Positions 39,206-47,485 of a stretch of 64,000 nucleotides of DNA are shown here, piece after piece (position 1 is the first letter of the stretch; each line of letters starts with the position of its first letter). Below the pieces are notes generated by a model that made no database searches, was not told the DNA's origin, and saw only the letters and a list, made by a program, of their open reading frames with translations. The stretch spans positions 454-64,453 of the forward strand of contig DATFOB010000009.1 of the NCBI GenBank assembly GCA_035266025.1, read 5' to 3'. The position numbers were made by a program, and so were the translations under genes. Origin of the DNA: Solirubrobacterales bacterium (GTDB lineage: Bacteria > Actinomycetota > Thermoleophilia > Solirubrobacterales > 70-9).

Positions 39206-40762
39206 ATGAGCCGGGGGCGGATGGCGGTCGGTCTGGTGGCGCTCGCCGCCGCCGCGGCCGCGCTGCTCTCGGGTGGTTCGCGCAGCGATCCCGAGACCCC
39301 GAACGGGCTCCCGGGGCTGCCGCCGCCGTTCCTCGGGACGGCGGTGCTCGGCGACGGGGGCTTGACCGCGGCCGTCGACGCCTACGGGAGCGTTGTCGAC
39401 CTGCGGGCGCCGGGGCCGGCGGGTCGGGCGCTGATCGAGAACCCTGCCGAGCGGCAGGCGGCGGGGACGGTGCCGAGCGATACCGGGATCCAGGTCTGGG
39501 CGCGGGTCGGCGGCGAGATGCTGCCGATGTGGCGTGCCGACGAGGTGCGGCAGCGCTATCTGCCGCGGACGAACGTGCTGCGGACGGTGGCGCGCTTCGG
39601 CCGAGATCAGGTGCAGATCGTCGAGGCGGCGGCAAGCCAGTCTTTGTTCATCACCGCGAAGAGCACCCTCGCAATCGAAGCGCGGGTGAACGCGGACCTG
39701 AGGTGTGAGCGGCAGACCACCCGGACCCTGACGATCGTCTGCAGCAGGAGCCGGACGCATTTGTCCCCGGTATGCGGGGACAAATGCGTCCGGCTGAGGG
39801 TCGCGGGCGCCGCCGCCGCCGACCGGGACTGGCTGGACCGCAGCTTGCCCCTTGGAGCCGGGGCGCCGGCTTGGGCCGTCGACATGTACGAGCGCTCGCT
39901 GCTGGTGTTGCGGGCGCTGACCGCGCGGGAGAACGGCGCCGTCGCGGCCGGGGCCCGCGGCGGCTGGGCCTACGTTTGGCCGCGGGACGCTTCGGCGGTC
40001 GCGATCGCCCTCGCCGAGTCCGGCTACGAGCCAGAAGCCGGACTCATCACCCAGTTCCTCCTCGGCGCCGGCATCGAGTTCGCGGCGCGGTTCAACGGCG
40101 ACGGCAGTCCCGTCCCCGGACGCGAGGCGCAGGGCGACGCGATCGGCTGGGTCTCCGCAGCCGCGGAGGCCGCGGGGCTCGGCAACGCTCGCCAGGCCGC
40201 CCACATCCTCGCCGGTGGCGAGCCGATCCCCTGGCGCGACCGGGCCGACTACTGGGAGGGAGAGCCCGGCGACTACCTCGGCAATGCCCTCGCCTCCGGC
40301 GCCGACGTGTCTGAGTTCAAGGGTCTATATGACCCCACCAGCTCAGACACCCCCTCGCAGTGGGGGGCAGTGCGAGAGGCTGGTGATCCGGGTTCCGGCC
40401 TCGATTCGGCTGCCGCCTGGGCGGTGCGACCCTTTTCTCAGCCTCGTCTCTTCTCCACCGCACGCCGCGCCATGAAGCGGCTGGTCGCGGCGCGAACCCC
40501 TTTCGGCATCACTCCCGGCGAAGGCTGGGAGGGCGGTGAGGACCCCTGGTCGGCCCCCACCGCTTGGACGGCCTGGTCGCTGGCCGCACTTGGCGAGCGC
40601 GAGCAGGCGCTGCAGTTGATGCGGGCGCTCCGCCGCAGCGCCACCTCCGCCGGCACCCTTCCCGAGCGCGTCGACGCGGGGACCGGCGTACCTCGCTCCA
40701 CCACCCCCCTCGCCTGGTCGCACGCGTTCGCGATCCTGGCGCTGCGTCAGCTCTGGTCCTAA
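39206..40762 (+). CDS. Secreted glycoside hydrolase family 15 (glucoamylase/glucodextranase-like) protein carrying two in-frame palindromic inserts
   Basis: It shows ..AYGSVVDLRAPGPAGRALIE.., the GH15-type motif GGWAYVWPRDASAVAIAL, and a C-terminal WSAPTAWTAWSL..LPERVD..PLAWSHA. The start is uncertain (ATG at 39206 or 39221; TTG at 39194). Confidence 0.8.
   Translation: MSRGRMAVGLVALAAAAAALLSGGSRSDPETPNGLPGLPPPFLGTAVLGDGGLTAAVDAYGSVVDLRAPGPAGRALIENPAERQAAGTVPSDTGIQVWARVGGEMLPMWRADEVRQRYLPRTNVLRTVARFGRDQVQIVEAAASQSLFITAKSTLAIEARVNADLRCERQTTRTLTIVCSRSRTHLSPVCGDKCVRLRVAGAAAADRDWLDRSLPLGAGAPAWAVDMYERSLLVLRALTARENGAVAAGARGGWAYVWPRDASAVAIALAESGYEPEAGLITQFLLGAGIEFAARFNGDGSPVPGREAQGDAIGWVSAAAEAAGLGNARQAAHILAGGEPIPWRDRADYWEGEPGDYLGNALASGADVSEFKGLYDPTSSDTPSQWGAVREAGDPGSGLDSAAAWAVRPFSQPRLFSTARRAMKRLVAARTPFGITPGEGWEGGEDPWSAPTAWTAWSLAALGEREQALQLMRALRRSATSAGTLPERVDAGTGVPRSTTPLAWSHAFAILALRQLWS
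39749..39795. repeat. Perfect 21-bp-stem palindrome inside the GH15 coding sequence
   Basis: AGCCGGACGCATTTGTCCCCG-gtatg-CGGGGACAAATGCGTCCGGCT. It is read through in frame as ..SRSRTHLSPVCGDKCVRLR... Confidence 0.9.
40307..40350. repeat. Nested palindromic repeat, family A, copy 2 (diverged, inside the GH15 coding sequence)
   Basis: GTGTCTGAG-ttcaaGGGTCtatatGACCCcaccag-CTCAGACAC. It has the same 9-nt arms and the same 44-nt arm-to-arm length as copy 1. It is read through in frame as ..DVSEFKGLYDPTSSDT... Confidence 0.8.
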
Positions 40763-40824
40763 CCGCAGCTTCGTCTGTTCCTTATCCGTGCTGCGCAGCG
40801 AAAAGGAACAGACGGATGAGGGGC

Positions 40825-43104
40825 TTACCCCTCCGCCCGCATCAGCCCCATCAGCTCCAGCGCCCCCGCCTTGTGCAGCGGTTCGTTGAGGTTGCCGCAC
40901 TTCGGGCTCTGGACGCAGGAGGGGCAGCCGGATTCGCACGGGCACTCGGCGAGCAGGCGCTCGGCGTCGGCGAGCAGGCGCTCGAACTCCTCGTAGCCCC
41001 GCTTGGTGATCCCGACCCCGCCGGGGTGGCCGTCGTAGATGAAGATCGTCGAGCGGCCGGTCTGGAAATGGACGTTGGTCGAGAGGCCGCCGATGTCCCA
41101 GCGGTCGCACATCGCGATCAGCGGCAGGACCGCGATCTGGCTGTGCTCGGTCGCGTGCAGGGAGCCGAGCAGCGCCTCGGTCGGCAGGCGCCCGGCGAGC
41201 CGGTCCGGCAGCACGTACCAGAGCGCCTGGGTGACGAAGTTCTGCTCGGGCAGCTCGAGGGCGACGATGTCGATCGGTTCCTGGTCGGAGACGGAGACGC
41301 GCTGGAAGGCGATCACCTGCTCGGTGACGGAGACCTCGCCGAAGTTGAGCTGGACGCCGGCGACCTCGCGCTGCTCGTGGACGCGTTCGATGTAGATCTC
41401 GGTCTCTTTTTTCGGCCTCGTGTACCAGTCGCCGTCGAAGGCAGAGACGACCGCGCGGCGCTCCTCGATATCGAGCCGGTCGACCTCGTAGGAGCGGCCG
41501 AGGTGCAGGTAGACGGCGCCGGGGTGGATCGTCGTGAAGGCCCGCTCGGCCTCGACCAGGCCCAGCATCTCGCCGGAGGCCTGCTCGATCACCGCGACCG
41601 AGTCGGCCGAGGCCGAGCGCAGGGCGATCCGGTTGGCGACGTACTCGCTGCGGCGCGGCAGCAGCTTGCCGCCGGCGGGGCGCAGCTCCCCCGCTTCGAC
41701 CAGCCGTTCGGTCCGCTCGCGCCAGCCCTCGCCGAAGATCTCCTCGTCCTCGACAGTGAGCGGCAGCTCGTAGGCGGCGGCGACGAGGTGCCGGGAGGCG
41801 ATCTGCTCGTTGCCGTGGTCCAGGATCGCCGCCTCGACCGGCCGCCCGAGGAACTCCTCCGGGTGGCGGCAGAAGAACTGGTCGAGCGCGTCCTGGCCGG
41901 CGACGTAGACGGCGAGGCCGAGCCGGCGGCGTCCCGCCCGTCCCCACATCTGCCGCAGGCTGGCGACGGTGCCGGGGAAGGTGACGCAGATCGCCGCGTC
42001 GAGCTCGCCGACGTCGATCCCGAGCTCGAGCGCGTCGGTGGCGACTACCGCGAGCAGCTCGCCTGAGGACAGGCGCGCCTCGATCTCCCGCCGCTGCTGC
42101 GGCGTGTAGCCGCCGCGGTAGGGGGCGATCCGCTTCGCCAGCTCCGGCTTCCCCCGCCGCTCGAGGTTTTCGCGGGCGAAGCGTTGGATCAGCTCGATCC
42201 CACGGCGGCTTTTGAGGAAGCAGATCGTCCGCACCCCGTGCGTGACCAGCTCCGCAAGCAGGTCGGCGGCCTCCGAGAGGGCCGAGCGGCGGACGCCGGT
42301 GCGCTCGTCGAGCAGCGGCGGGTTCCACATCGCGATCTCGCGGCCGGCGCGCGGGGCGCCGTCGTCGTCGATCATCTCGAACGAGGTCCCGACCAGGCGC
42401 TCGGCCAGCTCGACCGGGTTGGCGATCGTCGCCGAGGCGAGCAGGAAGCGCGGCTCGGAGCCGTAGGCGCGGGCCAGCCGCCGCAGCCGTCGCAGGACGT
42501 TGGCGACGTGGGAGCCGAAGACGCCGCGGTAGGTGTGCGCCTCGTCGACGACGACCCACTCGAGGTTGGCGAGGAAGTCGCCCCAGCTCTTGTGGTTGGG
42601 GAGGACGCCCATGTGGAGCATGTCGGGGTTGGTGAGGATGAGGTTGGAGCGGCGGCGGATCGCCGGGCGCTCCTCGCGGGGCGTGTCGCCGTCGTAGATC
42701 GCCTCGCGCAGGCCGGGCGGGCGCAGCTGGGCGAGCTTCCGCGCCTGGTCCTGGGCCAGCGCCTTGGTCGGATAGAGGTAGAGCGCCCGGTCTTTGGGGC
42801 GGGCCGCGATCCCATTGAGGACCGGCAGGTTGAAGGCGAGGCTCTTGCCCGAGGCGGTGCCGCTGGTGATCACCAGATTGGAGTCGGCGGCCGCCTCGAA
42901 GGCTTCGAGCTGGTGGGTGTAGAGCGAGTCGATGCCGAAGCGCCCGAGCGCCTCGGCGAGCGCCGGGTGCAGCTCGGCCGGCAGCGGCGCCGGCCGCGAG
43001 CGGCGCTCCTCTTCGGAGGACTCGGCGACGATCCGGCCGTCCCGGCGCGCAGGGTCGATCGCGACCGCCCAATCCGAGGAGAGAAGCGAGCCGCCGCGCG
43101 CCAT
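40825..43104 (-). CDS. DEAD/DEAH-box helicase with a C-terminal DUF1998/MZB Cys-cluster domain (MrfA/YprA-like)
   Basis: The ATG at 43104 forms an ATGA overlap with the upstream stop. Helicase motifs: ITSGTASGKSLAF (motif I), VVVDEAHTYRG (II), SAT (III) and WGRAGR (VI). The C-terminus reads CPCESGCPSCVQSPKCGNLNEPL. Confidence 0.9.
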   Translation of the reverse strand: MARGGSLLSSDWAVAIDPARRDGRIVAESSEEERRSRPAPLPAELHPALAEALGRFGIDSLYTHQLEAFEAAADSNLVITSGTASGKSLAFNLPVLNGIAARPKDRALYLYPTKALAQDQARKLAQLRPPGLREAIYDGDTPREERPAIRRRSNLILTNPDMLHMGVLPNHKSWGDFLANLEWVVVDEAHTYRGVFGSHVANVLRRLRRLARAYGSEPRFLLASATIANPVELAERLVGTSFEMIDDDGAPRAGREIAMWNPPLLDERTGVRRSALSEAADLLAELVTHGVRTICFLKSRRGIELIQRFARENLERRGKPELAKRIAPYRGGYTPQQRREIEARLSSGELLAVVATDALELGIDVGELDAAICVTFPGTVASLRQMWGRAGRRRLGLAVYVAGQDALDQFFCRHPEEFLGRPVEAAILDHGNEQIASRHLVAAAYELPLTVEDEEIFGEGWRERTERLVEAGELRPAGGKLLPRRSEYVANRIALRSASADSVAVIEQASGEMLGLVEAERAFTTIHPGAVYLHLGRSYEVDRLDIEERRAVVSAFDGDWYTRPKKETEIYIERVHEQREVAGVQLNFGEVSVTEQVIAFQRVSVSDQEPIDIVALELPEQNFVTQALWYVLPDRLAGRLPTEALLGSLHATEHSQIAVLPLIAMCDRWDIGGLSTNVHFQTGRSTIFIYDGHPGGVGITKRGYEEFERLLADAERLLAECPCESGCPSCVQSPKCGNLNEPLHKAGALELMGLMRAEG

Positions 43105-44006
43105 CAGGCGGCGCTCCCCACCGGGCGGCAGATCCCGGCGGCGACGCGCATCGCCTGCAGGGACGATCGGTCGTGGATGCGGAGGATGTCGGCGCCCTCG
43201 CGGACGGCCAGCGTCACCGCCGCCACCGTGCCCCACTCACGCTCGCCGGGGGGCAGGCGCTCCTCCCAGGAGCCGGCGAGAACGGCGCCGATGAAGTCCT
43301 TGCGGGAGAGCGAGACGTAGAGCGGCAGCCCAAGCGAGCGCAGCTCGCCGAGCCGGCGCAGGATCTCGAGGTCCTGCGCGGGGCTGAGGTCGAAGTCGAG
43401 TCCGGGGTCGATCGCAATCTGCTCCTCCGCTACCCCAAGGTCCCGGGCCGCCTCGACTCTCCCCTCGAACCAGGCGCGCAGGTGGTCGACGACGTCGCCG
43501 TAGTCGCGCCATGGCCGGTCCACCCGCGGCGGCCCCTCGATGTGCATGAGGACATAGCCGCAGCCGCTCTCGGCGACAAGCTCGAACATCTCCTCGCAAC
43601 CGCCGGAGATGTCGTTGACGACGGAGGCCCCCGCCGCCAGCGCCCGCCGCGCCACCTCCGGGGAGAACGTATCCGCGGAGATTTGGGCCGCCGCGACGTT
43701 CCGTGGTTCCTTAGGCGTCCCCTGCACGACTAAGGAACCACGGAACTGCGTGACGAGGCCCTCGACGGCCGGGACCAGCGCCGCGGCCTCGTCCTCCGCC
43801 GACACCGGCGGGCCCGCCTTCGCCGCCACGGCGCCGACGTCGAGCATCTCGAACCCGGCCTCGGCCAGCGCCAGGCCGTCGGCCACCGCCTGCTCCGGGG
43901 TGCCGCTGCGGGCGCCCTCGAACATCGAGTCGACGGTGACGTTGACGATCCCGGCGCCGATCGGCTGCGCCAGGTCGAGAGTCCGGTCGGAGAGCCGCCA
44001 CGCCAT
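43104..44006 (-). CDS. Dihydropteroate-synthase-like (pterin-binding TIM barrel) protein with divergent active-site loops
   Basis: The overall DHPS order is conserved: GIVNVTVDSMFEG, MLDVGAVAAKAGPP, ISADT, VVNDISGG, YVLMH, IDPGLDFDL, SLSRKDFIG, ILRIHD. Several canonical residues are replaced (see finding). Confidence 0.75.
   Translation of the reverse strand: MAWRLSDRTLDLAQPIGAGIVNVTVDSMFEGARSGTPEQAVADGLALAEAGFEMLDVGAVAAKAGPPVSAEDEAAALVPAVEGLVTQFRGSLVVQGTPKEPRNVAAAQISADTFSPEVARRALAAGASVVNDISGGCEEMFELVAESGCGYVLMHIEGPPRVDRPWRDYGDVVDHLRAWFEGRVEAARDLGVAEEQIAIDPGLDFDLSPAQDLEILRRLGELRSLGLPLYVSLSRKDFIGAVLAGSWEERLPPGEREWGTVAAVTLAVREGADILRIHDRSSLQAMRVAAGICRPVGSAA
43698..43746. repeat. Perfect 17-bp-stem palindrome inside the DHPS-like coding sequence
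   Basis: GTTCCGTGGTTCCTTAG-N15-CTAAGGAACCACGGAAC. It is visibly lower in G+C than its surroundings and encodes ..FRGSLVVQGTPKEPRN... Confidence 0.9.
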
Positions 44007-44032
44007 CGCCCGCTACGGTAGCGACCGCGCCG

Positions 44033-44851
44033 ATGCCGCTCCGCTGTGTCTACACCGATCTCGACGGGACCCTGCTCGGGCAGGGCAGCTCCCTCTTCCG
44101 CGATCCCGAGGGCGGCTTCAGCCTGGCGCAGGCGCGGGCGCTCGAGGCCTGCCACCGGGCCGGGGCCGAGGTCGTGATCATGTCCGGCCGGCGCGAGCCG
44201 CAGGTGCACGAGGCCGCCCGGCTGATGGGTCAGAGCTCCTACATCTACGAGGCCGGCTGCGCCTATGCGATCGAGGGCGAGACGACGCTGATGACCGGCG
44301 AGATGGCGCCGAACGAGGAGGGGACGATCTACGAGCAGATCGAGCAGCGCGGGCTCCCGAAGCTGCTCTTCGAGCACTTCGAAGGCCGGCTCGAGTACCA
44401 CGCGCCCTGGCACCACGGCCGCGTCCTCTCCCACCTCTTCCGCGGCAAGGTCGATGTCGCCGAGGCAAACGCGCTCCTGCACGAGCGCGGCGACGAGGAC
44501 CTGCGCCTGCTCGACAACGGCGCGATCGGCCGGCCGATGCCGACCGTCGAGGGCCGCACCCACGCCTACCACCTGGTCCCGAAGCAGGTCAGCAAGGCGG
44601 CGGCGGTCGCCGGACACGCCCGCGCCCGCGGCTACGACCCGCGCGAGTGCATGGCCGTCGGCGACTCGGTCGAGGACCTCGAGGTCGCCGCCGCCGTCGG
44701 GCGCTTCTTCGTCGTCGCCAACGGCCCCGAGCATGACCCGGGCCTACGGGCCGCCTTGCCGAATTGGGACAATGTCACCGTTACTGAAGGCAGCATGGGC
44801 GACGGCTTCTACGAGGCGGTCGTTTCCTCGCTGATGGAACGCCGGGCCTAA
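44033..44851 (+). CDS. HAD-superfamily (Cof/IIB-like) phosphatase
   Basis: Motif I is CVYTDLDGTLLG, with a later ..AVGDSVEDLEVAAAVG.. (motif IV-like). Confidence 0.8.
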   Translation: MPLRCVYTDLDGTLLGQGSSLFRDPEGGFSLAQARALEACHRAGAEVVIMSGRREPQVHEAARLMGQSSYIYEAGCAYAIEGETTLMTGEMAPNEEGTIYEQIEQRGLPKLLFEHFEGRLEYHAPWHHGRVLSHLFRGKVDVAEANALLHERGDEDLRLLDNGAIGRPMPTVEGRTHAYHLVPKQVSKAAAVAGHARARGYDPRECMAVGDSVEDLEVAAAVGRFFVVANGPEHDPGLRAALPNWDNVTVTEGSMGDGFYEAVVSSLMERRA

Positions 44852-44861
44852 AGGAGAGCTT

Positions 44862-45575
44862 GTGTCGTCTGAGAACGCCACCGTCGCAGAGCAGGAGTAC
44901 CTGGAGATCATGTTCTGGCTGGAGGAGGCCGGGCTGCCGATGACCGGCGCCAACATCGCCCGCGCGATGCAGCTCTCGCCGCCGACCGTGCACGAGATGA
45001 TCGGCCGGCTGATCGACGACGGCTACGTCGAGCGCCACGAGGACAAGTCGCTCTCCTTCACCGAGTCCGGGCGTGAGCATGCCAGCTACATCGTCCGCCG
45101 CCACCGGATGATCGAGCGCTTCCTCACCGATGTCCTCCACATCCCCTGGGACGAGGTCCACGAGGAGGCCGAGCGGATCGAGCACGCGATGAGCCCGGTG
45201 CTGGAGGAGCGGATGCGCGCCGCGATCGGCGACGCCACCACCTGCCCCCACGGCCACCCGATCGTCGAGGGCATCCGCGAGCAGGGCTCGCTGCTGGCCG
45301 ACGTGGAGATCGGGGCGAACGTCGTCGTCCTGCGCTTCGAGAACGAGGCCGAGGAGCTGCTGCACTACCTGAAGGCCGCGGGCTTCGACCCGGGCCTCGA
45401 GGGCAAGGTCGAGATCTCCGACGACGAGCGCGTCGTCATCGTCGCCGCCGACGGCAACCACGAGGTCAGCCGCAGCGTCGCCGAGACCGTCTCGGTCCGC
45501 GCCGATCCGGCGCCGCCGCCGCGGGCGGCGATCCCCGAGCAGCTGGTGCTCTCCTCGGACCGCTACGGCCGTTAG
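44862..45575 (+). CDS. DtxR/IdeR/MntR-family metal-dependent transcriptional regulator with a C-terminal FeoA/SH3-like domain
   Basis: The GTG start follows AAGGAGAG. It shows EQEYLEIMFWLEE..ANIARAMQLSPPTVHEMIGRLIDDGYV.., RRHRMIERFLTDVL and EEAERIEHAMS. Confidence 0.85.
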   Translation: MSSENATVAEQEYLEIMFWLEEAGLPMTGANIARAMQLSPPTVHEMIGRLIDDGYVERHEDKSLSFTESGREHASYIVRRHRMIERFLTDVLHIPWDEVHEEAERIEHAMSPVLEERMRAAIGDATTCPHGHPIVEGIREQGSLLADVEIGANVVVLRFENEAEELLHYLKAAGFDPGLEGKVEISDDERVVIVAADGNHEVSRSVAETVSVRADPAPPPRAAIPEQLVLSSDRYGR

Positions 45576-45580
45576 GCCTT

Positions 45581-46267
45581 CTAGCTCGGAACCTTCATCG
45601 ACATGATCGGCTCGCCGGTCGGGGCTTCGCTCCCTCCCGGCGGCTCTTCGGTGACCATCACGACCTCGACCCCGGTCATGTCGGCGATCGTCGCTTCGGC
45701 GTGCCCGCGGCGGTCGGGGACGAACAGCGCCGGGACCGCTTCGACCTCGCCTTCCCGTTCCACCCAGGCCTCCAGCACCTTGTCGGACGGCAGCGGCTCC
45801 AACCCTTCGATCTGCAGGGTGCCGGCGCTGCCTTCTTGAACCATCTTCACGGTGAGCCCGTCGACCTGGCGAACGACGGTGTTTGCGCCTCCGCCGGCGC
45901 CGGAATCGTCCTTGCCGACCTCGTAGCCGACGACGCCCGCGACCAGCAGCGCGACGACGGCGAAGCCCGCCGCCGGCTTCAGCACCCATCGCCGCCACGA
46001 CCGGCTCGGGACCGACCGGCTCTCGGCCTCGTGGACGTCCTCTCGCACCTCAGCCATCAGGTTCGCCCGCAGAGACGGCGGCGCCTCCTGCCGCTCGACC
46101 GACTCCGGCAGCGTCTGCAATGCCGGCTCGAACCAGCGCAGCTCCTGGCGGCAGTGCTCGCAGCCTTCGAGGTGGCGCTCGAACTCGGCCACCTCGGCGC
46201 TGTCCAGCGCCCCCAGCATGTAGGCGGCGAGGTCCTCGCTCCAGCGACTGTGTTCGGTAGCGCTCAT
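45581..46267 (-). CDS. Anti-sigma factor (zf-HC2 N-terminus, single TM, RskA-like extracytoplasmic domain)
   Basis: It shows LAAYMLGALDSAEVAEFERHLEGCEHCRQEL and the TM helix AAGFAVVALLVAGVVGY. Its start forms an ATGA overlap with the sigma gene. Confidence 0.8.
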   Translation of the reverse strand: MSATEHSRWSEDLAAYMLGALDSAEVAEFERHLEGCEHCRQELRWFEPALQTLPESVERQEAPPSLRANLMAEVREDVHEAESRSVPSRSWRRWVLKPAAGFAVVALLVAGVVGYEVGKDDSGAGGGANTVVRQVDGLTVKMVQEGSAGTLQIEGLEPLPSDKVLEAWVEREGEVEAVPALFVPDRRGHAEATIADMTGVEVVMVTEEPPGGSEAPTGEPIMSMKVPS

Positions 46268-46845
46268 GCCAATCCCTCCGCTAGCTCGCCGCGAATCTTC
46301 TCCAACCCGAGCCGCATCCGTCCCTTCACGGTTCCCATCGGCAGGTTGAGGATCTGGGCGATCTCCGAGTGGCTGAAGCCGCCGAAGTAGGCGAGCTCGA
46401 TCACCTTCGACTGCTCGCCGGGCAGCTTGCCGATCGCCCCGCGCAGCTCGCCGGCGGTCTCGCGCCGCAGCGCCTCCTCCTCGGTCCGCTCCGCCGCCGG
46501 GCGCTGCTCCAGGGCCGAGTCGTCATCGAAGGTCAATTTCGGCGCTTTGCCGGCGCGGCTGCGGAGGAAGTCGATCGCGCGGTTGCGGACGACGCTGAGG
46601 AGCCAGGAGCGGACGCTGCCGCGGGCGGCATCGAAGCGGGCGCCGCTGCGCCAGACCGAGATGAACGCCTCCTGGGTCACTTCCTCGGCGGCGGCGCGGT
46701 CGCCGACGATCCGGTAGGCGAGCGAGTAGGCGGCGCCGCCGTGGCGGTCGAAGAGGACCTCGAACGCCTCCGGGTCCTTGCGGCCGACGAGGGGCATCAG
46801 CTCCTCGTCGGCCAGTCGCTCCGCTTTCTCTCGCCGCACCGGCAT
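46264..46845 (-). CDS. ECF-type sigma-70 family sigma factor (SigK-like)
   Basis: Region 2 is FEVLFDRHGGAAYSLAYRIVGDRAAAEEVTQEAFISVWR..SWLLSVVRNRAIDFLR. Region 4 is LPGEQSKVIELAYFGGFSHSEIAQILNLPMGTVKGRMRLGLEKIR. Confidence 0.9.
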   Translation of the reverse strand: MPVRREKAERLADEELMPLVGRKDPEAFEVLFDRHGGAAYSLAYRIVGDRAAAEEVTQEAFISVWRSGARFDAARGSVRSWLLSVVRNRAIDFLRSRAGKAPKLTFDDDSALEQRPAAERTEEEALRRETAGELRGAIGKLPGEQSKVIELAYFGGFSHSEIAQILNLPMGTVKGRMRLGLEKIRGELAEGLA

Positions 46846-46868
46846 CAGCTACCTACGTTGCCGTCCGC

Positions 46869-47474
46869 CTAAACGATGAACGGTTCGACGGCCTTCAAAA
46901 CCTGCTTTTCGGCGAGCGGGCTGTCGAAGGCGGCCGGTGCCGGTTCTTCCTTGTTCTGCAGCCGGATCGCCGCCGCGTGGCGCGCCTCGACCTGGACGAT
47001 GCCGCCCGCCGCCGCCAGCACTTCCTTGGACTTGATCATCGGTCCGGCGCCGTTGTAGGCGCTGACCCCGGTGTCCTCGAAGGTCTGCGCCAGTTTCAGG
47101 AAGCCGCCGGTTCCGCTGTAGTCGAACTTGAACTTCGGCGCCATCACCGGCTTGCCGCCGAGTTTCTTCACCGTCGCGGTCAGCGCTTCCACGTGCTGCT
47201 GCTCGTCGGAAGCGATCAGGTCGACGAGGCTCTTCAGTTCGCCGCTCGGCTTGGCCCGGGTCTTCGCTTCTTCGTAGAACTTCGCCTCCAGGTACTCGAG
47301 GGTGAGGGCGAAGTTGAGGATGTCGATATCGCTGCTGCCGCTCATCGCCAGGGCGCGGCGGACGTAGGGGCCGACCATCGTCGCCCCGTAGATGGAGCCG
47401 ACCGCCAGGGCTCCTTTGGCGAGGATTTCACTTCGGGTCTGCTGGTCGCTGCGGGTCTGCTGCTCTGCGCTCAT
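46869..47474 (-). CDS. Ferritin-like domain protein
   Basis: It shows DIDILNFALTLEYLEAKFYEEA and later ..EQQHVEALT.., VEARHAA. Confidence 0.75.
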   Translation of the reverse strand: MSAEQQTRSDQQTRSEILAKGALAVGSIYGATMVGPYVRRALAMSGSSDIDILNFALTLEYLEAKFYEEAKTRAKPSGELKSLVDLIASDEQQHVEALTATVKKLGGKPVMAPKFKFDYSGTGGFLKLAQTFEDTGVSAYNGAGPMIKSKEVLAAAGGIVQVEARHAAAIRLQNKEEPAPAAFDSPLAEKQVLKAVEPFIV

Positions 47475-47485
47475 CGTGGTTCCTT

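Noticed and set aside
40343-43072. A very long (909 aa) ORF antisense or out of frame to the helicase gene. Similar long ORFs include 3559..4551, 10268..11185, 17520..18698, 20568..21917, 26136..27371, 31259..32509, 39122..40204, 58677..59873 and 59916..61823.
   Set aside because: These are typical shadow ORFs of high-G+C DNA: extreme Arg/Pro/Gly/Ala content and no recognisable motifs. Each overlaps a gene on the other strand or frame that has clear family signatures.
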